Assembly: GCF_004010195.1 (NCBI RefSeq)
Contig: NC_057718.1
Coordinates: 3,750,917 to 3,814,916, forward strand
DNA length: 64,000 nt
Reading direction: 5' to 3'
From: Chiloscyllium plagiosum
Lineage: Eukaryota
Shown here: positions 38,339-50,312 of the stretch, in pieces
How the letters are laid out: each line of letters opens with the position of its first letter
How positions within the stretch are numbered: position 1 is the stretch's first letter
Notes under the pieces: model-generated
Told to the model about the DNA's origin: nothing
The model's input: the letters and a program-made list of their open reading frames with translations, nothing else
Database searches by the model: none
Translations under genes and position numbers: made by a program

Positions 38339-41300
38339 GTAAGTGTTCTTTCCCTTAGAATAATCTGATACAGCAACCATTTCCACATGGATTTATTGAA
38401 GAGGAGAATGTGTTAAATTCCTCTTGTAAAGAGTAAGCAGAGAGCTCGATATAAACATAAAACAATTCTCCGCTTTTACTCACAGATAGATTAAACTGTT
38501 TCTCCTCTTGGACCAGTTCCTCAATCTCAAACTCTTTCTCTTCTGTCTGTCTTTCTGCTTCTCCATCTCATTTATTTTCAGTGTTGGATTCTCCTGTCTC
38601 TGTCTGGCTTTGTTTCATTCACTCTTATGATGGGGCCATCACCGGCCGGGCTGGTACTTGTCCATCATGAATGGTCCTTGAGAAGAAATGGCTTCTCTGC
38701 CACGGGAAGCAGCTTTGGCCAAAACATTGAATGTCTTCAGGGGAGAGTTAGATATAGTTCTGAGGGCTAAAGGGTTCAAAGGGTAAGGGGAGAACATGGG
38801 AATGATGGACTGAGTTGGATGATCAGCCATGATTGTGTTGAAAGGCAGTGCAGGCACAATGGGCTGAATGGCCTACTCCAGGTCATATTTTGTATGTTTT
38901 GAGAAGGTCATGGTGAGCTGCTTTCCTGAGCTAAAAATTTCGACTTTACACAAGTTAGGAGGGGGAGTGCTTGGATGGGAACCTGAAAGAGATGCTGCCC
39001 CATGTACCTGCTGCCTTTGTCTTTTCAGATGGGATAGGCTGTGGGTTCGGAAGCTGCTGTTGGAGGAGCCTTGGTGAATTACAGAAGGGCATCTTGTAGA
39101 TGGTACACACTGTACATCAGTGTAAAAGGAAGTGAACGTTGAAGGTGTGAGTTGTGGTGTCAATCAGGCAGGCTGCTTTCTTCTGGATGGCATGAAGCTT
39201 CATGAGTGTTGTTGGAACTGCACCCATCCAGGCAAGTTGTTCCATCATCCTCCTGATTTCTGCTTTGTTGACAGGCAGGCTGTGGGAGGCAGAGTGTGAG
39301 CTATTCACCTCGACCTGCTGTTGTAGCCACAGTATTTGATCACTGCTCCAGTTAATGGACATGTTAGTGTGGAAGCGCAGGTTGTGGTTCATCAGGGAAT
39401 TGTTTTCCATTTTTCTGACGGGGTGTGGGCATCACTGGCAAGGGCAGTATTTGTTCCTCATCCCTAATTGCCCTCCAACTGAGTCACTTGCCTGTTCATT
39501 TCAAAGGGCAGTAAGAACAAACCACATTGCTGTGTGTCTGAAGTTACATGTGGGCCAGATCAGGTAAGGATGGCAGATTTCCTTTCCTGATGAACATTAA
39601 TAAATCAGATGGGTTTTTACAACAATTGATGGGAACATCAGGAATTAAGGTGATATGTTTCCAGCTCTCAGTTAGCCTGGAACTGTTATGTATTATTGTC
39701 TTATGACTTGTTTGTAAGTACATTCAATAAAGAAGCAAACAGTTCTTGTCTTGTTTGGGGAAGCTGTTGCCCATAAGAGGTCTGGGTGGTATAAGGGGTG
39801 ACTCTGTAATTACCTAGCACTGTGTTCATGTGTTGATGTCCTTTTTGTTCTACAAATCTGGACGACACAAGTTTCTGGACAACATTAGATGCTTTATTAT
39901 CAGACAACCGGCAAGAGATTCTTAATGCGACCAGAAGTAATCCTTTATCAATTTGTGGTGACACTTCTCTACGAATCTCGGCTCTACACACAAAGGCAGT
40001 AATTTTTAACAGAATTAAACAAACGGTCTATAATTCACATGGTTGATTTTCATTACATTACTTAAGATAGGCAATTAATATGTTACAATGCCCAGTTATT
40101 GTCACTGTCCTGTGATAATGAGTGGATAGAATACAGGGACTGATTATTATATTCTTCATCAATGTGTGTTGATGGGAAGAGATTAAAACAGGAGAGCTTT
40201 ACTTATTCTCAATGTGGGATTCACATACCTATGTTAATCGAGAGAGGAAGCAAGATAATGGGAGCAGGAGGCAGTTAATAGAGTTATGGCCAAGGATGTC
40301 AGTCTTGTCCAGGGAGGACAAATACCTTTGCCAAAGGCTGCAAATGGATTCCACATGTATGGTTCCAGAGGATTCAGTTCTCTGAGAGTCAGCCAGCTCC
40401 CCTACTGAGACATCCTGTCTCATTTTGTGAGAGGCCAGACATGCAATTGATACTTCAATAAGTCCTCTTAGCAATGGAATGTTTAACATTTGAGTCATGA
40501 AAATGTATGCCATGAAAAACAAGTAAAAGATGGAAATGATGACTCTGTAACTTTCTAACTTCCACACATGTAGTGAAGGGTTTGGTGCCAAGGCTGCACA
40601 CAGGAGCTCACCAATACTCCATCAGCCTGTATTTATCTTTAGTTGGAGAGTTTAACAGAATACAAAGGGAGTTGTTTTGTAGAAACTTGTTGTATTACAC
40701 AGACATTCACTTCCATGAGTCAGTTCCACATTAAAACTGGATCTGTTTCTCAAAGTCATTTAAACTAAAGGTTAAACTGGGCTCCAGTGGAACTCATTAA
40801 GATGTGAGTAAGTAATCTGTGAAATTTCAAACTTACAGCTCTCAAGTCTTTAGGCTGTCATTTCCCACAATCCTCTGCAGCTCCTGTTCTGCTCAATGAT
40901 GCTCCCACTTGCCCCTCTGATGTCCTTGTCCTGAGCTAAACCCTTCCTCATCCCAACCGGATTACTCTCCTTATGACTTTCATTCATTCCCTTAGTCCAA
41001 GAGACCCAGACAGAGGGACATAGGAACTGGAGGAGACCATTCAGCCCATTATGCCTGCTCTACCACTCAATTAAATGATGGATGATCTGATATTAATCTC
41101 AACTGTACGTTCCTACAAATCTCTGGTCACCTTTCACCCCCGGGTCATCAAGAATCTCCCTCCCTCTGCCTTAAAAAAAATTTCAAGATTCTGCATCCAC
41201 TGTCTTTTGATGAAGGGAATTCCAACGACTCACAGCCCACTGAGAAAAACATTTCCTCATCTCTGTCTTCAACCTGCAATCCCTTATTTTTAAACTCTGA

Positions 41301-42336
41301 CCCTAGTTCTAGATTCTCCCTGAAGAGGAACCCGGTCAAGTCTCCTCAGGATCTTACAGGTTTCAATGAAGGCCCCTCTGAGCCCAATGGGATCCAGAGT
41401 GAACACATCTGGAGGAAGGGTTTGCAGCTCGAGGAAGTTTGGATCCGAGTTGAGGAGCTGGAGTCTGAGCTGCAGACATTGTGTCACATCAGGGAAGGGG
41501 AAAGTTCCCTGGAAACATTTCTCCAGAGGGTGCTCCCGCCTCATGGATTTGGGAATTGGAGATGAATCATGGATCAGAGACAGGAGGCTGTGACTGCAGG
41601 TGAGGATGGTGTGGATCCCAGACCTTTCTAACAGTGTGCCCAATGTCACAGGTTTGAGTTTGGGACCTGACTCCAAGGATTCCCCGACTCTGGGATAATA
41701 ACCCAGGTCAGGAGTGGAAGGGAAAGTCTGAGGTACCAATCAGAAGGGCCTCACTTTGCCCATTACTGACTCAATTCCAGGCAAGTGCAGTCAGGGTCTA
41801 TCTGGCTCAGGGACAGAATCAGAAAATCACAGAAAATTACCAGTGTAGAAGGAAACCATTCAGCCCATCCTGTCTGCACTGACTCTTCAAATGAGCATCA
41901 TTCCCAACTGCCAATGTCCTGCTCTCTCCCCACAGCCTTGCAGTGTTAGGAGATAGAATCGAATGGAACAACAGTGAATGAGAGAGGGTGTCCTCAGGGA
42001 GAATCGATTGCAGGCTGTTGAAACTTTTGACTTTATTCTTTTGGTTTTCTGTGAGAATGAAACATTTTAAATGGCTGCTCAGACTATTCAAATCAGTCAG
42101 CTGTGAGCATCGTGAAATTCTCCTCTCGATAATTTATTCACAAAATGATTCACAGCAGCAAATTGGAAAGCATTCAGTGATGGATATGTTTCAAATCATT
42201 CCTTCTCAAATTACAAGCAGCAATATCCACACAGGAAGCTTCAGTTCATCCTCAGCAAATCATCATTTAACCAGGAGGAGATTTTATAAAATGTTACAAA
42301 TCCAATAATCCTATTTTTTATCTTCAAAATGAACAG

Positions 42337-42684
42337 ATCCATTGGTTGATCCAGTCCTCATTCAGGATCCAGTGGTCAGCAAGGTAGCAGAGGGTGAAAC
42401 TGCCGAGTTCCAGTGTGCCATGTACAATGCCAGTGTGATTGACACTGATGTCCACTGGCACTACCAGCGACCTGGCAGCAGCAGGGAGTGGATGATAAGC
42501 CACTTTGTGAATGGCACCCTCACCAAGACCCAGGGTTTCCACGATCGTGTTCAGCTTTCCAGGAATGTCAGCAGGAACAGTTACACTCTGAGCCTTGTGA
42601 ATGTGACGCTCAATGATACTGCTGTGTACAGCTGCAGTGTGTGGAGCTACATCTATGGAGCAGGGAGCCAGCTCAATGTAACTG
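42337..42684 (+). CDS. Ig V-set (VJ-type) membrane-proximal domain exon D6
   Basis: Acceptor gaacag| and donor |gtaagt; 348 nt, phase 1/1; PLVDPVLIQDPVVSKVAEGETAEFQC...HWHYQRPG...DTAVYSCSVWSYIYGAGSQLNVT; most divergent domain, six N-glycosylation sequons. Confidence 0.9.
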
Positions 42685-43240
42685 GTAAGTCAATGGCAGG
42701 GAACACTGGTGTGACCAGAGAAAGGAGCACCCGTCTGCTGTGCTTCATCATGGAAGGGCAGAATGGTCATCAAGGCCAGATATTCCCAAGGCTGAATGGG
42801 GAGTGGCTTGGAGAGGAAATTGCAGGGGTGGTGTTCCCATGTAGCTGCTGCCCTTGCCCTTCTAGATGGAGGAGGTTGTGAATTTTGAAGATATTATCTG
42901 AGGATCTTTGCTGATTATCTGCAGTGTATCTTACAGATCATGTGTAGCAGAGATTCAGTGGTGGAGGGAGTGGATGTTTGTGGATGTGGTGTCAGTCAAT
43001 TGGGCTGCTTTGTCCTGGATGAAGTTAAGCTTCTTGAGTGTTGTTGGAGTTGTCCTCATCCAGGCAAAGTGGGGAATATTCCATCACATTTCTGACTTGT
43101 GCATTGTTGATAGTGGGCAAGCTTTGGGGAGTCAGAAGGGGTGGTGCCTAACCTGAGGAGCTCAAAATTAATGTTGTTGACGATCTTGAACATTTGTCAG
43201 ACTGAAGTGACTGTGTGTGTGACATTCTAATATTTTACAG

Positions 43241-43391
43241 AAGAATCTTCCCATGGTATTCCCCGGACTTCAGATCCCACTTTAATCATTGGCACCATTC
43301 TGGGCCTCGCTGTCTTAATCTGCATTGTCCTGCTCACATTTTACCTTTGGAAACGAAACCTGTGCTCATCAGTAAAGGACTCCACACAAGG
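43241..43391 (+). CDS. Stalk + transmembrane exon
   Basis: Acceptor tattttacag| and donor |gtaaat; phase 1/2; (E)ESSHGIPRTSDPTLIIGTILGLAVLICIVLLTFYLWKRNLCSSVKDSTQ(G): ~23-aa hydrophobic helix followed by a KR stop-transfer signal. Confidence 0.88.
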
Positions 43392-43660
43392 GTAAATGTC
43401 ATTTCTTCTTGGGTTTGATTCTGTCACTGCACTGTTATTGTTTTCGACATTGGGGATGATTGTTTTTAGTGAGTGCTGATATTTCCACTGCAGCACACAG
43501 ATCCATTGTAAATCATGGGTCAGTGACTGTCGAGACCATGCCACACATCCAGATGCCAAATCATTGCCAGTTTGCTTCATCTCCGGTATAACATGTCCTC
43601 CAGTGCCAGGACATAGGTTCCTGCTGTTGACAGTCAGAAAGCTTTGATTGGGTCAGGCAT

Positions 43661-43815
43661 GGGGGACATGGTGGCTCAGTAGTTAATGTTGCTGCCTCAC
43701 AGTGCCAGGGACCTGGGTTTGATTCCTACCTCAGGCGAATGTCAACATGGAGTTTACATATTCTCTCGATGTCTGTGTGGGTTTCCTCCGAGCTCCGGTT
43801 TCCTCCCACAGTCAC
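43661..43815 (+). mobile_element. HE1-like SINE, 5' part
   Basis: tRNA-like head and partial body. Confidence 0.7.
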
Positions 43816-44221
43816 AAGATTGACTCCCAGAGCCTCTCCACCCTCTGGATGAATAGATTTCCTCAGTGTCTGGACTCAAGATTTTCTGTTGTATTTTGTA
43901 TCCACAATGCCTTGTTCTTCATTCCCTCAATTGTCTGCTGCCATCTCATTCATTGCCCTTTGAAAGAGTTTTTAAGACTTTGATTGCAGCCCTGCAATCT
44001 GTGTCCTTCCAAAAGATATAACAACATTCTGAAGTCTATATTCAGATTTGCATGTGCTTATCCCAGGCAGCATCCCAGTGAGTTGGAGCAGTTTTCTCCC
44101 TCAGTATTTTCTCAGTCTGAAGCAACATGGAAGTGCAACAAATTTCTTGAAGAAATCTCTCCCTTCCACAGTTGGAAACAACAACAACTTTGCCAACTTT
44201 CCCAGAATGCCCTGTGATTTT

Positions 44222-45090
44222 GTTAGACAATAGACAATAGACAATAGGTGCAGGAGTAGGCCATTCAGCCCTTCGAGCCTGCACCGCCATTCAATATAAT
44301 CATGGCTGATCATTCCAATCAGTATCCTGTTCCTGCCTTATCTCCATAACCCTAGATTCCACTATCTTTGAGAGCTCTATCCAACTCCTTCTTAAAAGAA
44401 TCCAGAGAGTGGGCCTCCACTGCCCTCTGGGGCAGAACATTCCACACAGCCACTACTCTCTGGGTGAAGAAGTTTCTCCTGAGCTCTGTCCTAAATGGTC
44501 TACCCCGTATTTTTAAGCTGAACAGGTTGGACCGAAGGGTCTGTTTCCATGCTGTGCATCTCTATGACTCTATGACTCTATGAGTCTATGCCAAGGGCAT
44601 TGGATACACGGCAGCACCACTACCTACAGGGTTTCCCTCTAAGCTGATCACCATCCTCCGGTGGACATATATTGCTGCTTCTTCAATGGTCAAAATTCTT
44701 GAATTCCTTCATTGACTGGTGTACAAGAACACCCAGATCTCTCTGTACTGCCCCTTTACATAAATTGATTCCATTGAGGTAGTAGTCTGCCTTCCTGTTC
44801 TTGCTACCAAAGTGGATAACCATATATTTATCCACATTAAACTGCATCTGCCATGCATCTGCCCACTCACCTAACTTGTCCAGGTCACCCTGTAATCTCC
44901 TAACATCCTCATCACTTTTCACCCTGCCATCACTTTTCACCCTGCCAAATTTGCTAATGTTATTGCTGACACCATCTTCTATATCATTAACATATATTGT
45001 AAAAAGCTGTGGTCCCAGCACGGATCCCTGCGGTACCCCACTGGTCACTGCCTGCCATTCCGAAATGGAGCCGTTTATCACTACCCTTTG
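44222..45090 (-). mobile_element. CR1 fragments
   Basis: (tagacaa)n tail at 44222; GVPQGSVLGPQLFTIYVND at 44683-45120. Confidence 0.8.
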
Positions 45091-45285
45091 TTCAAATTCT
45101 TTCACTTGTTGTTCACACAAATTCTGCTCTTTTTAACAAATGTTCAAAGTTGTGAGGTCATCCTTTCACCTCGAAGCTAGTCTCAAAAGTTCACGATGAA
45201 AAGTGTAAAATCCATTAGCCTCGAGAGTGTGAAGATTACAATGTTGTTCTATGGTAAATAAATCTAATATGTAGCTTTTATTTAG

Positions 45286-45329
45286 GAGCCCTGTTGAAGA
45301 CCAGAATGCTGTGTATGAAAATGTAAATG
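45286..45329 (+). CDS. Cytoplasmic exon 1 (SPVEDQNAVYENVN)
   Basis: Acceptor ttttatttag| and donor |gtaagc; phase 2/1 matches the TM exon; encodes a YENV tyrosine motif. Confidence 0.82.
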
Positions 45330-45829
45330 GTAAGCAAACTAATTCCATCATTACCGCAATATTTGGCTGGTATTTCTCTCTGTTCCAAATTTCCATTTTA
45401 TAGTCAGATTCCTGATGTGATTAATAAGCAAATGGTTAGAGCAGGTCAGTTGTCTGATGAACAGAATTGACCATGAAAGGTGGTGAACACACAGCCAACA
45501 GAATGAAGGTGGTAGGTTCCCCCTGGGCTTTTAGCTGCAGCTTGAACCTACCCCTCAGGACGGCAATGCTGTAAACGGCGACCCCAAAAATGCTTGGAAT
45601 TTCAGACACAGAAACAGACTCCTGTAGTCCACCAGCTAACAGATACAGACCTTTTGACATCTGTTATACCCCATTCAGAACCATTCTTTATTGAATATCT
45701 TTTGAAAATCTAAATAAAACACATTACCAGTTCTAGGTAAAAACAATGACTGCAGATGCTGGAAACCAGATTCAGGATTAGTGGTGCTGGAAGAGCACAG
45801 CCGTTCAGGCAGCATCCGAGGAGCAGTAA

Positions 45830-45865
45830 AATCGACGTTTCGGGCAAAAGCCCTTCATCAGGAAT
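45830..45865 (-). ncRNA. Minimal hammerhead ribozyme motif in a Penelope-derived terminal fragment (45738-45890)
   Basis: Minus strand auuc-CUGAUGA-a-gggc-uuuu-gccc-GAAA-c-GUC^-gauu. Confidence 0.6.
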
Positions 45866-46059
45866 ACAGACAGAGAGCCTGAAGTGTGGAGCTAATGTCC
45901 ATCCATTCTAGTGGGACTTCCTGTTAAAACTGTAATGAATTAGACACAGTTTTCCTTTCATGAAGCAATGCGGACTCAACTTGATTAGATTTTGCTTGAC
46001 CAGATTAAATCACAGAATATTAATGTATTCTGAAGCCAGATGGTGGGACAGAAATTGAG

Positions 46060-47990
46060 GTGAGAGAAATTGAGGACTACAAATGCTGGAGATCAGAGTC
46101 GAAGAGTGTGGTGCTGGAAAAGCACAGCAGGTCAGGCAGCATCTGAGGAGCAGGAGAGTCGATGTTTCATGCATAAGCCCTTCATCAGGAATGAGGCTTG
46201 TGGACAGGGCGTCTGAGAGATAAATGGGAGGGGGGTGAGGTTGGGGGGAAGATAACAGGAATGCAATAGATAGATGAACGTGGGGTGTGAAGGTAACAGG
46301 TTGGAGAGGAGGGTGGAGCAGATAGGTGGGAAGAAAGATGGACAGGTAGGACCATTCAAAATAGTGGTGCTGAATTGGAAAGTGGGGTCTGGGATACAGT
46401 GGGGGAGAGGAAATGGAGAAACTGTGAAATCCATCGTGATTCTGTGTGGTTGGCGGATCCCACAGCGTTCTTCCTCCAGGTATCAGGTCGTTAGGTTTTA
46501 GTAATGGAGGAGGCCCAGGATCTGCATGTCCTTTGGTGGGATTGGTCAGTATGGGTCTCCCATTGCTTTTCTCTGAAATGATCTGAAATTTGGTGTCCTG
46601 TCTCCCCGAAGTAGAAGAGACCACATTGTGTGCAACGGATGAAATAGATGATGTGCTTGGAAGTACAGGTAAATCTCTGTCAGATATGGCAGGATCCTTT
46701 GGGGCCTTGAATGGAGGTGGGGGACAAGGTGTGGGTACAGATTTTGCACTTCTTGCAATAGCAGGGGAAGTTGCTGGGAGGGAAGGGTCGATTGGTGGGG
46801 GCCATGCACCTAACAAGGGAGTTGTGGAGGGAATGATGTCTCAGAGTTGCAGACAGTGGTGGGGAGGGAAATATAACTCTGATGGGGTCTGTTTGTGAGT
46901 GGCGGAAATGGCAAAGCATGATGTGATGTATCCAGAGGTTGGTGGGGTGGAAGGTGAAGAGCAGGGAGGTTCTGTCCTTGCTCCAACCAGACGGCCTCCC
47001 TCTTCAAAGACCAAAATTTCCCCTCTCACATGATTGATGATACTCTCTAGTGCATCTTCTCCACTGCCTACACCTCTGTCCTTGAAACCCACCCATCCAA
47101 TTGCAATAAGGACAAAACCCCCCTGATCCTCACCTTCCACTTCACCAATCTCTGGATACATTGCATCATTCCCCGTCTTTTCCACCACCTACAAACAGAC
47201 CCCACCACCAGGGATATATTTCCGTCCCCATCATTATCTGCATTTCGGTGAGACCATTCTCTCCCCGACTCCCTTGTTAGGCCCATGCACCCCACTAAAC
47301 CACCCTCCTCTCCCGGCATCTTTCACTGCCAAACCAAGAAGTGCAAAAACTGTGCCCACACCTCCCCCCTCACCTTCGCCCAAGGCCCAAAAGGATCCTT
47401 CCTCATACCTGTACTTCCACAAATGTCATTTACTGCATCTCTTGCACCCGATGTGGTTTCCCCTGAACATCTCTGGGGCCCCCACACTGAACAACCCCAC
47501 CACCCTGTGGCCAAATACTTTAACTCCCCTTCCCACTCCACCAAGGACATGCAGGTCCTGGCCTCCTCCATCACCAAACCCTAGCCACCCAGCACCTGCA
47601 GGAAGAATGCCTCATCTTCCACCTTGGCACCTTCCAACCACAAAGGATCAATGTGGATTTCACAAGTTTCCACATTTCCCCTCCCTCAGCCTAATCCTAG
47701 TCCCAACCTTCCAACTGGGCATTGCCCTCTTGAACAGACCTACCCATCCATCTGCCTTCCCACCTATCTGCTCCACCCTCCTCTCCAACCGATCATCTTT
47801 ACCCCATCTTCAATTACCTTTCGCATTCCCAGCTCCTTTCACCCCAACCCCACTGGCCTCCCATTTATCTCTCAGCCTCCTTGGCCCACAAGCCTCATTC
47901 CTGATAAAGGTCTTATTCTTGAAACATCAATTCTCCTACTCTTTGGATGCTGTCTAACCAGCTGTGCTTTTCCAGCTCCACACTCTTCGA
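46060..47990. mobile_element. Two Penelope-like 3' fragments in inverted arrangement (minus ~46060-46980, plus ~46985-47990)
   Basis: CKKCKICTH and CKNCAHT, GPKGS, HPVAKYFNS (GIY-YIG region); both end in the terminal repeat with a degenerate hammerhead. Confidence 0.8.
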
Positions 47991-48172
47991 GAAAGCCAGG
48001 TGCCAGTCTTTTCCATCTCCTTCTGTAGTTTCCTTCATTTAAAGTAATATCCTTTTCTGATTTTGTTCCCCAATCCACAATAAAGACAATTATAAAGATG
48101 TGGTCATTATGGGGAATGTTCTCCACAACATCCCAGCTGCCTATTTGTGATATTTGATTATTTGTCTCACAG

Positions 48173-48246
48173 ACTCACTGACAGCAGCTGGTGACCAGTG
48201 TCGCCCTGGAGCTTACAGAAACCCTCCTTCAACAGGACACAGATGG
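48173..48246 (+). CDS. Cytoplasmic exon 2 (DSLTAAGDQCRPGAYRNPPSTGHRW)
   Basis: Acceptor tttgtctcacag| and donor |gtgagc; phase 1/0 bridges the neighbouring exons exactly; open frame with YRNP. Confidence 0.7.
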
Positions 48247-48300
48247 GTGAGCTTCACTGTTCTTCATTGTACATGTTTCTGGAACAAGGAGGAACTGGTG

Positions 48301-48620
48301 ATTAGATTAGATTAGATTACTTACAGTGTGGAAACAGGCCCTTCGGCCCAACAAGTCCACACCGCCCCGCCGAAGCGCAACCCACCCATACCCTTACATT
48401 TACCCCTTACCTAACACTAACGGGCAATTTAGTATGGCCAATTCACCTAACCTGCACATCTTTTGGACTGTGGGAGGAAACCGGAGCACCCGGAGGAAAC
48501 CCACGCAGACACGGGGAGAACGTGCAAACTCCACACAGTCAGTCGCCTGAGGCGGGAATTGAACCCGGGTCTCTGACGCTGTGAGGCAGCAGTGCTAACC
48601 ACTGTGCCACCGTGCCGCCC
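48301..48620 (-). mobile_element. Young full-length HE1-like SINE
   Basis: Intact tRNA-like A/B boxes on the minus strand, CpGs retained, (aatct)n tail. Confidence 0.92.
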
Positions 48621-49122
48621 ATGGTGTCATGTTCAACTTATGATTCCAAATCAATTTCTCCTACACAGCCAACCTTTTGTCTTAAGCCCTTTGTTACACA
48701 TCACTGAGGTAACACGCTGGAAATGGAGGCCAGCTATTAATGGACTAGTCACAAACTTTAAAAATTTTTACAAACCACATGCAAGTCCCTCATTTTCCTA
48801 TCCTTTAGACCCAGGGTGACAGAATGCACAGACCAGGTTTCTCTCCTTAACACGAGTACCTATTTCTTACACAGCAATAGAATCTAGTTACAGGGAAACA
48901 ATGACATATAACCTTCCAGTTAAAACTCATACCCTCAAATAAACTCCCTCTTTCACACACACAGAATGACAGAGACAGATAAAAAAAACATTGGTATTAT
49001 GGACCGAGGGAAAGATTGGGTCCACATGGATTTCTAACTTGATTCTTCTGCTGCTCAGATGCTATTTCTCAATCTTCCTTCTCCAGATGCTTTTGCTTAT
49101 TTACAGGAGGCACGGGGGAACA

Positions 49123-49337
49123 GATTCACACTGACAGCAGCTCCCTGACTGATTCACACTGACAGTGACTCCCTGACTGATTCACACTGACAGTGACTCC
49201 CTGACTGATTCACACTGACAGCAGCTCCCTGACTGATTCACACTGATAGTGACTCCCTGACTGATTCACACTGACAGTGACTCCCTGACTGATTCACACT
49301 GACAGCGGCTCCCTGACTGATTCACACTGATTCACAC
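49123..49337. repeat. 28-bp minisatellite, ~7.5 copies
   Basis: Unit gattcacactgacagtgactccctgact. Confidence 0.92.
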
Positions 49338-49529
49338 AGTCTACGCTCTGGTGAGAACCCTTCATCTTCCTCCTACCTTACTTTTCAGATATTTTCTTCT
49401 GAGGATGATATGCATAAACCCACATGATGTGCTACTACCTGGTCCCACACCAACTGCACGATGAGAAAGTGGAATCTCTTGTAATTGATGCAAATTCTTC
49501 AGTTCACATGAAAAGCGTGCAAGTACTGG

Positions 49530-50312
49530 AGTCCTCTTGGCAGCATAGTGTAGTGGGGAAGCCCAGAATGGGACTCTCCAAGATGTGCAGCATGGGTTGG
49601 GAAGACCAGAATGGAATACTCTGGGAGTCACGGTGTGGGTTGGGAAGCCTGGAGCGCAACACTGTAGGGGGTGCAATGTGGGTTGGGAAGCCCAGAGTGG
49701 GACACTCTAGGGGGTGAAGTGTGGGTTGGGTAGTCTGGAGCGGGAACACTCTAGGGAGAGCAGTGTGGGTGGAGAAACCCGTAGTGGGACGCTCTAGTGG
49801 GTGCAGTTTGGGTTGGGAAGCCCAGAGCGGGACACTCTCGGGGGTGCAGTGTGGGTGGGGAAGCCTGGAACGGGACACTCTCGGGGGTACAGTGTGGATT
49901 GGGAAGCCCTGAGCAGGAAACTCTTGGAGGTGCAGTGTGGGTTGGGAATCCTGGAGGGGATACTCTAGGGGGTGCAGGGTGGGTTGGGAAGCCTGGAGTG
50001 GGACACTCTAGGGAGTGCAGGGTGGGTTGGGAAGCCTGGAGTGGGACACTTTAGGGGGTGTAGTTTGGGTTGGAAAGCCCTGAGCAAGACACTCTTGGCG
50101 GTGCAGTGTGGGTTGGGAATCCTGGAGTGGGACACTCTTGGCGGTGCAGTGTGGGTTGGGAAGCCTGGAGTGGGACTCTCTTGGCGGTGCAGTGTGGGTT
50201 GGGAAGCCTGGAGCAGGACACTCTCGGGGGTGCAGTGTGGGTTGGGAAGCCTGGAGCAGGACACTCTCAGGGGTGCAGTGTGGGTTGGGAAGCCTGGAGG
50301 GGGACACTCTTG
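49530..50312. repeat. 43-bp G-rich minisatellite, ~18 copies
   Basis: Unit ggtgcagtgtgggttgggaagcctggagyrggacactctcggg; period 43 (e.g. 50101 to 50144). Confidence 0.92.

Noticed and set aside
40703-40810. Extra exon between D5 and D6 (acceptor-like tacacag, donor-like gtgagtaagt)
   Set aside because: There is an in-frame stop in the required phase-1 frame and no recognisable domain
9174-42684. Rearranging Ig/TCR locus V-segment array
   Set aside because: No RSS, no per-V leader exons, no D/J clusters and no C1 exon were found; each V already contains its G strand and a splice donor
48530-48620. tRNA gene
   Set aside because: It is the tRNA-derived head of a SINE that recurs six times in the window with the same body and tail
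49123-50312. CRISPR-like array, Ig switch region or coding repeats (several overlapping ORFs)
   Set aside because: These are head-to-tail repeats without unique spacers in eukaryotic DNA, with no constant-region genes nearby; the ORFs are by-products of a stop-poor repeat
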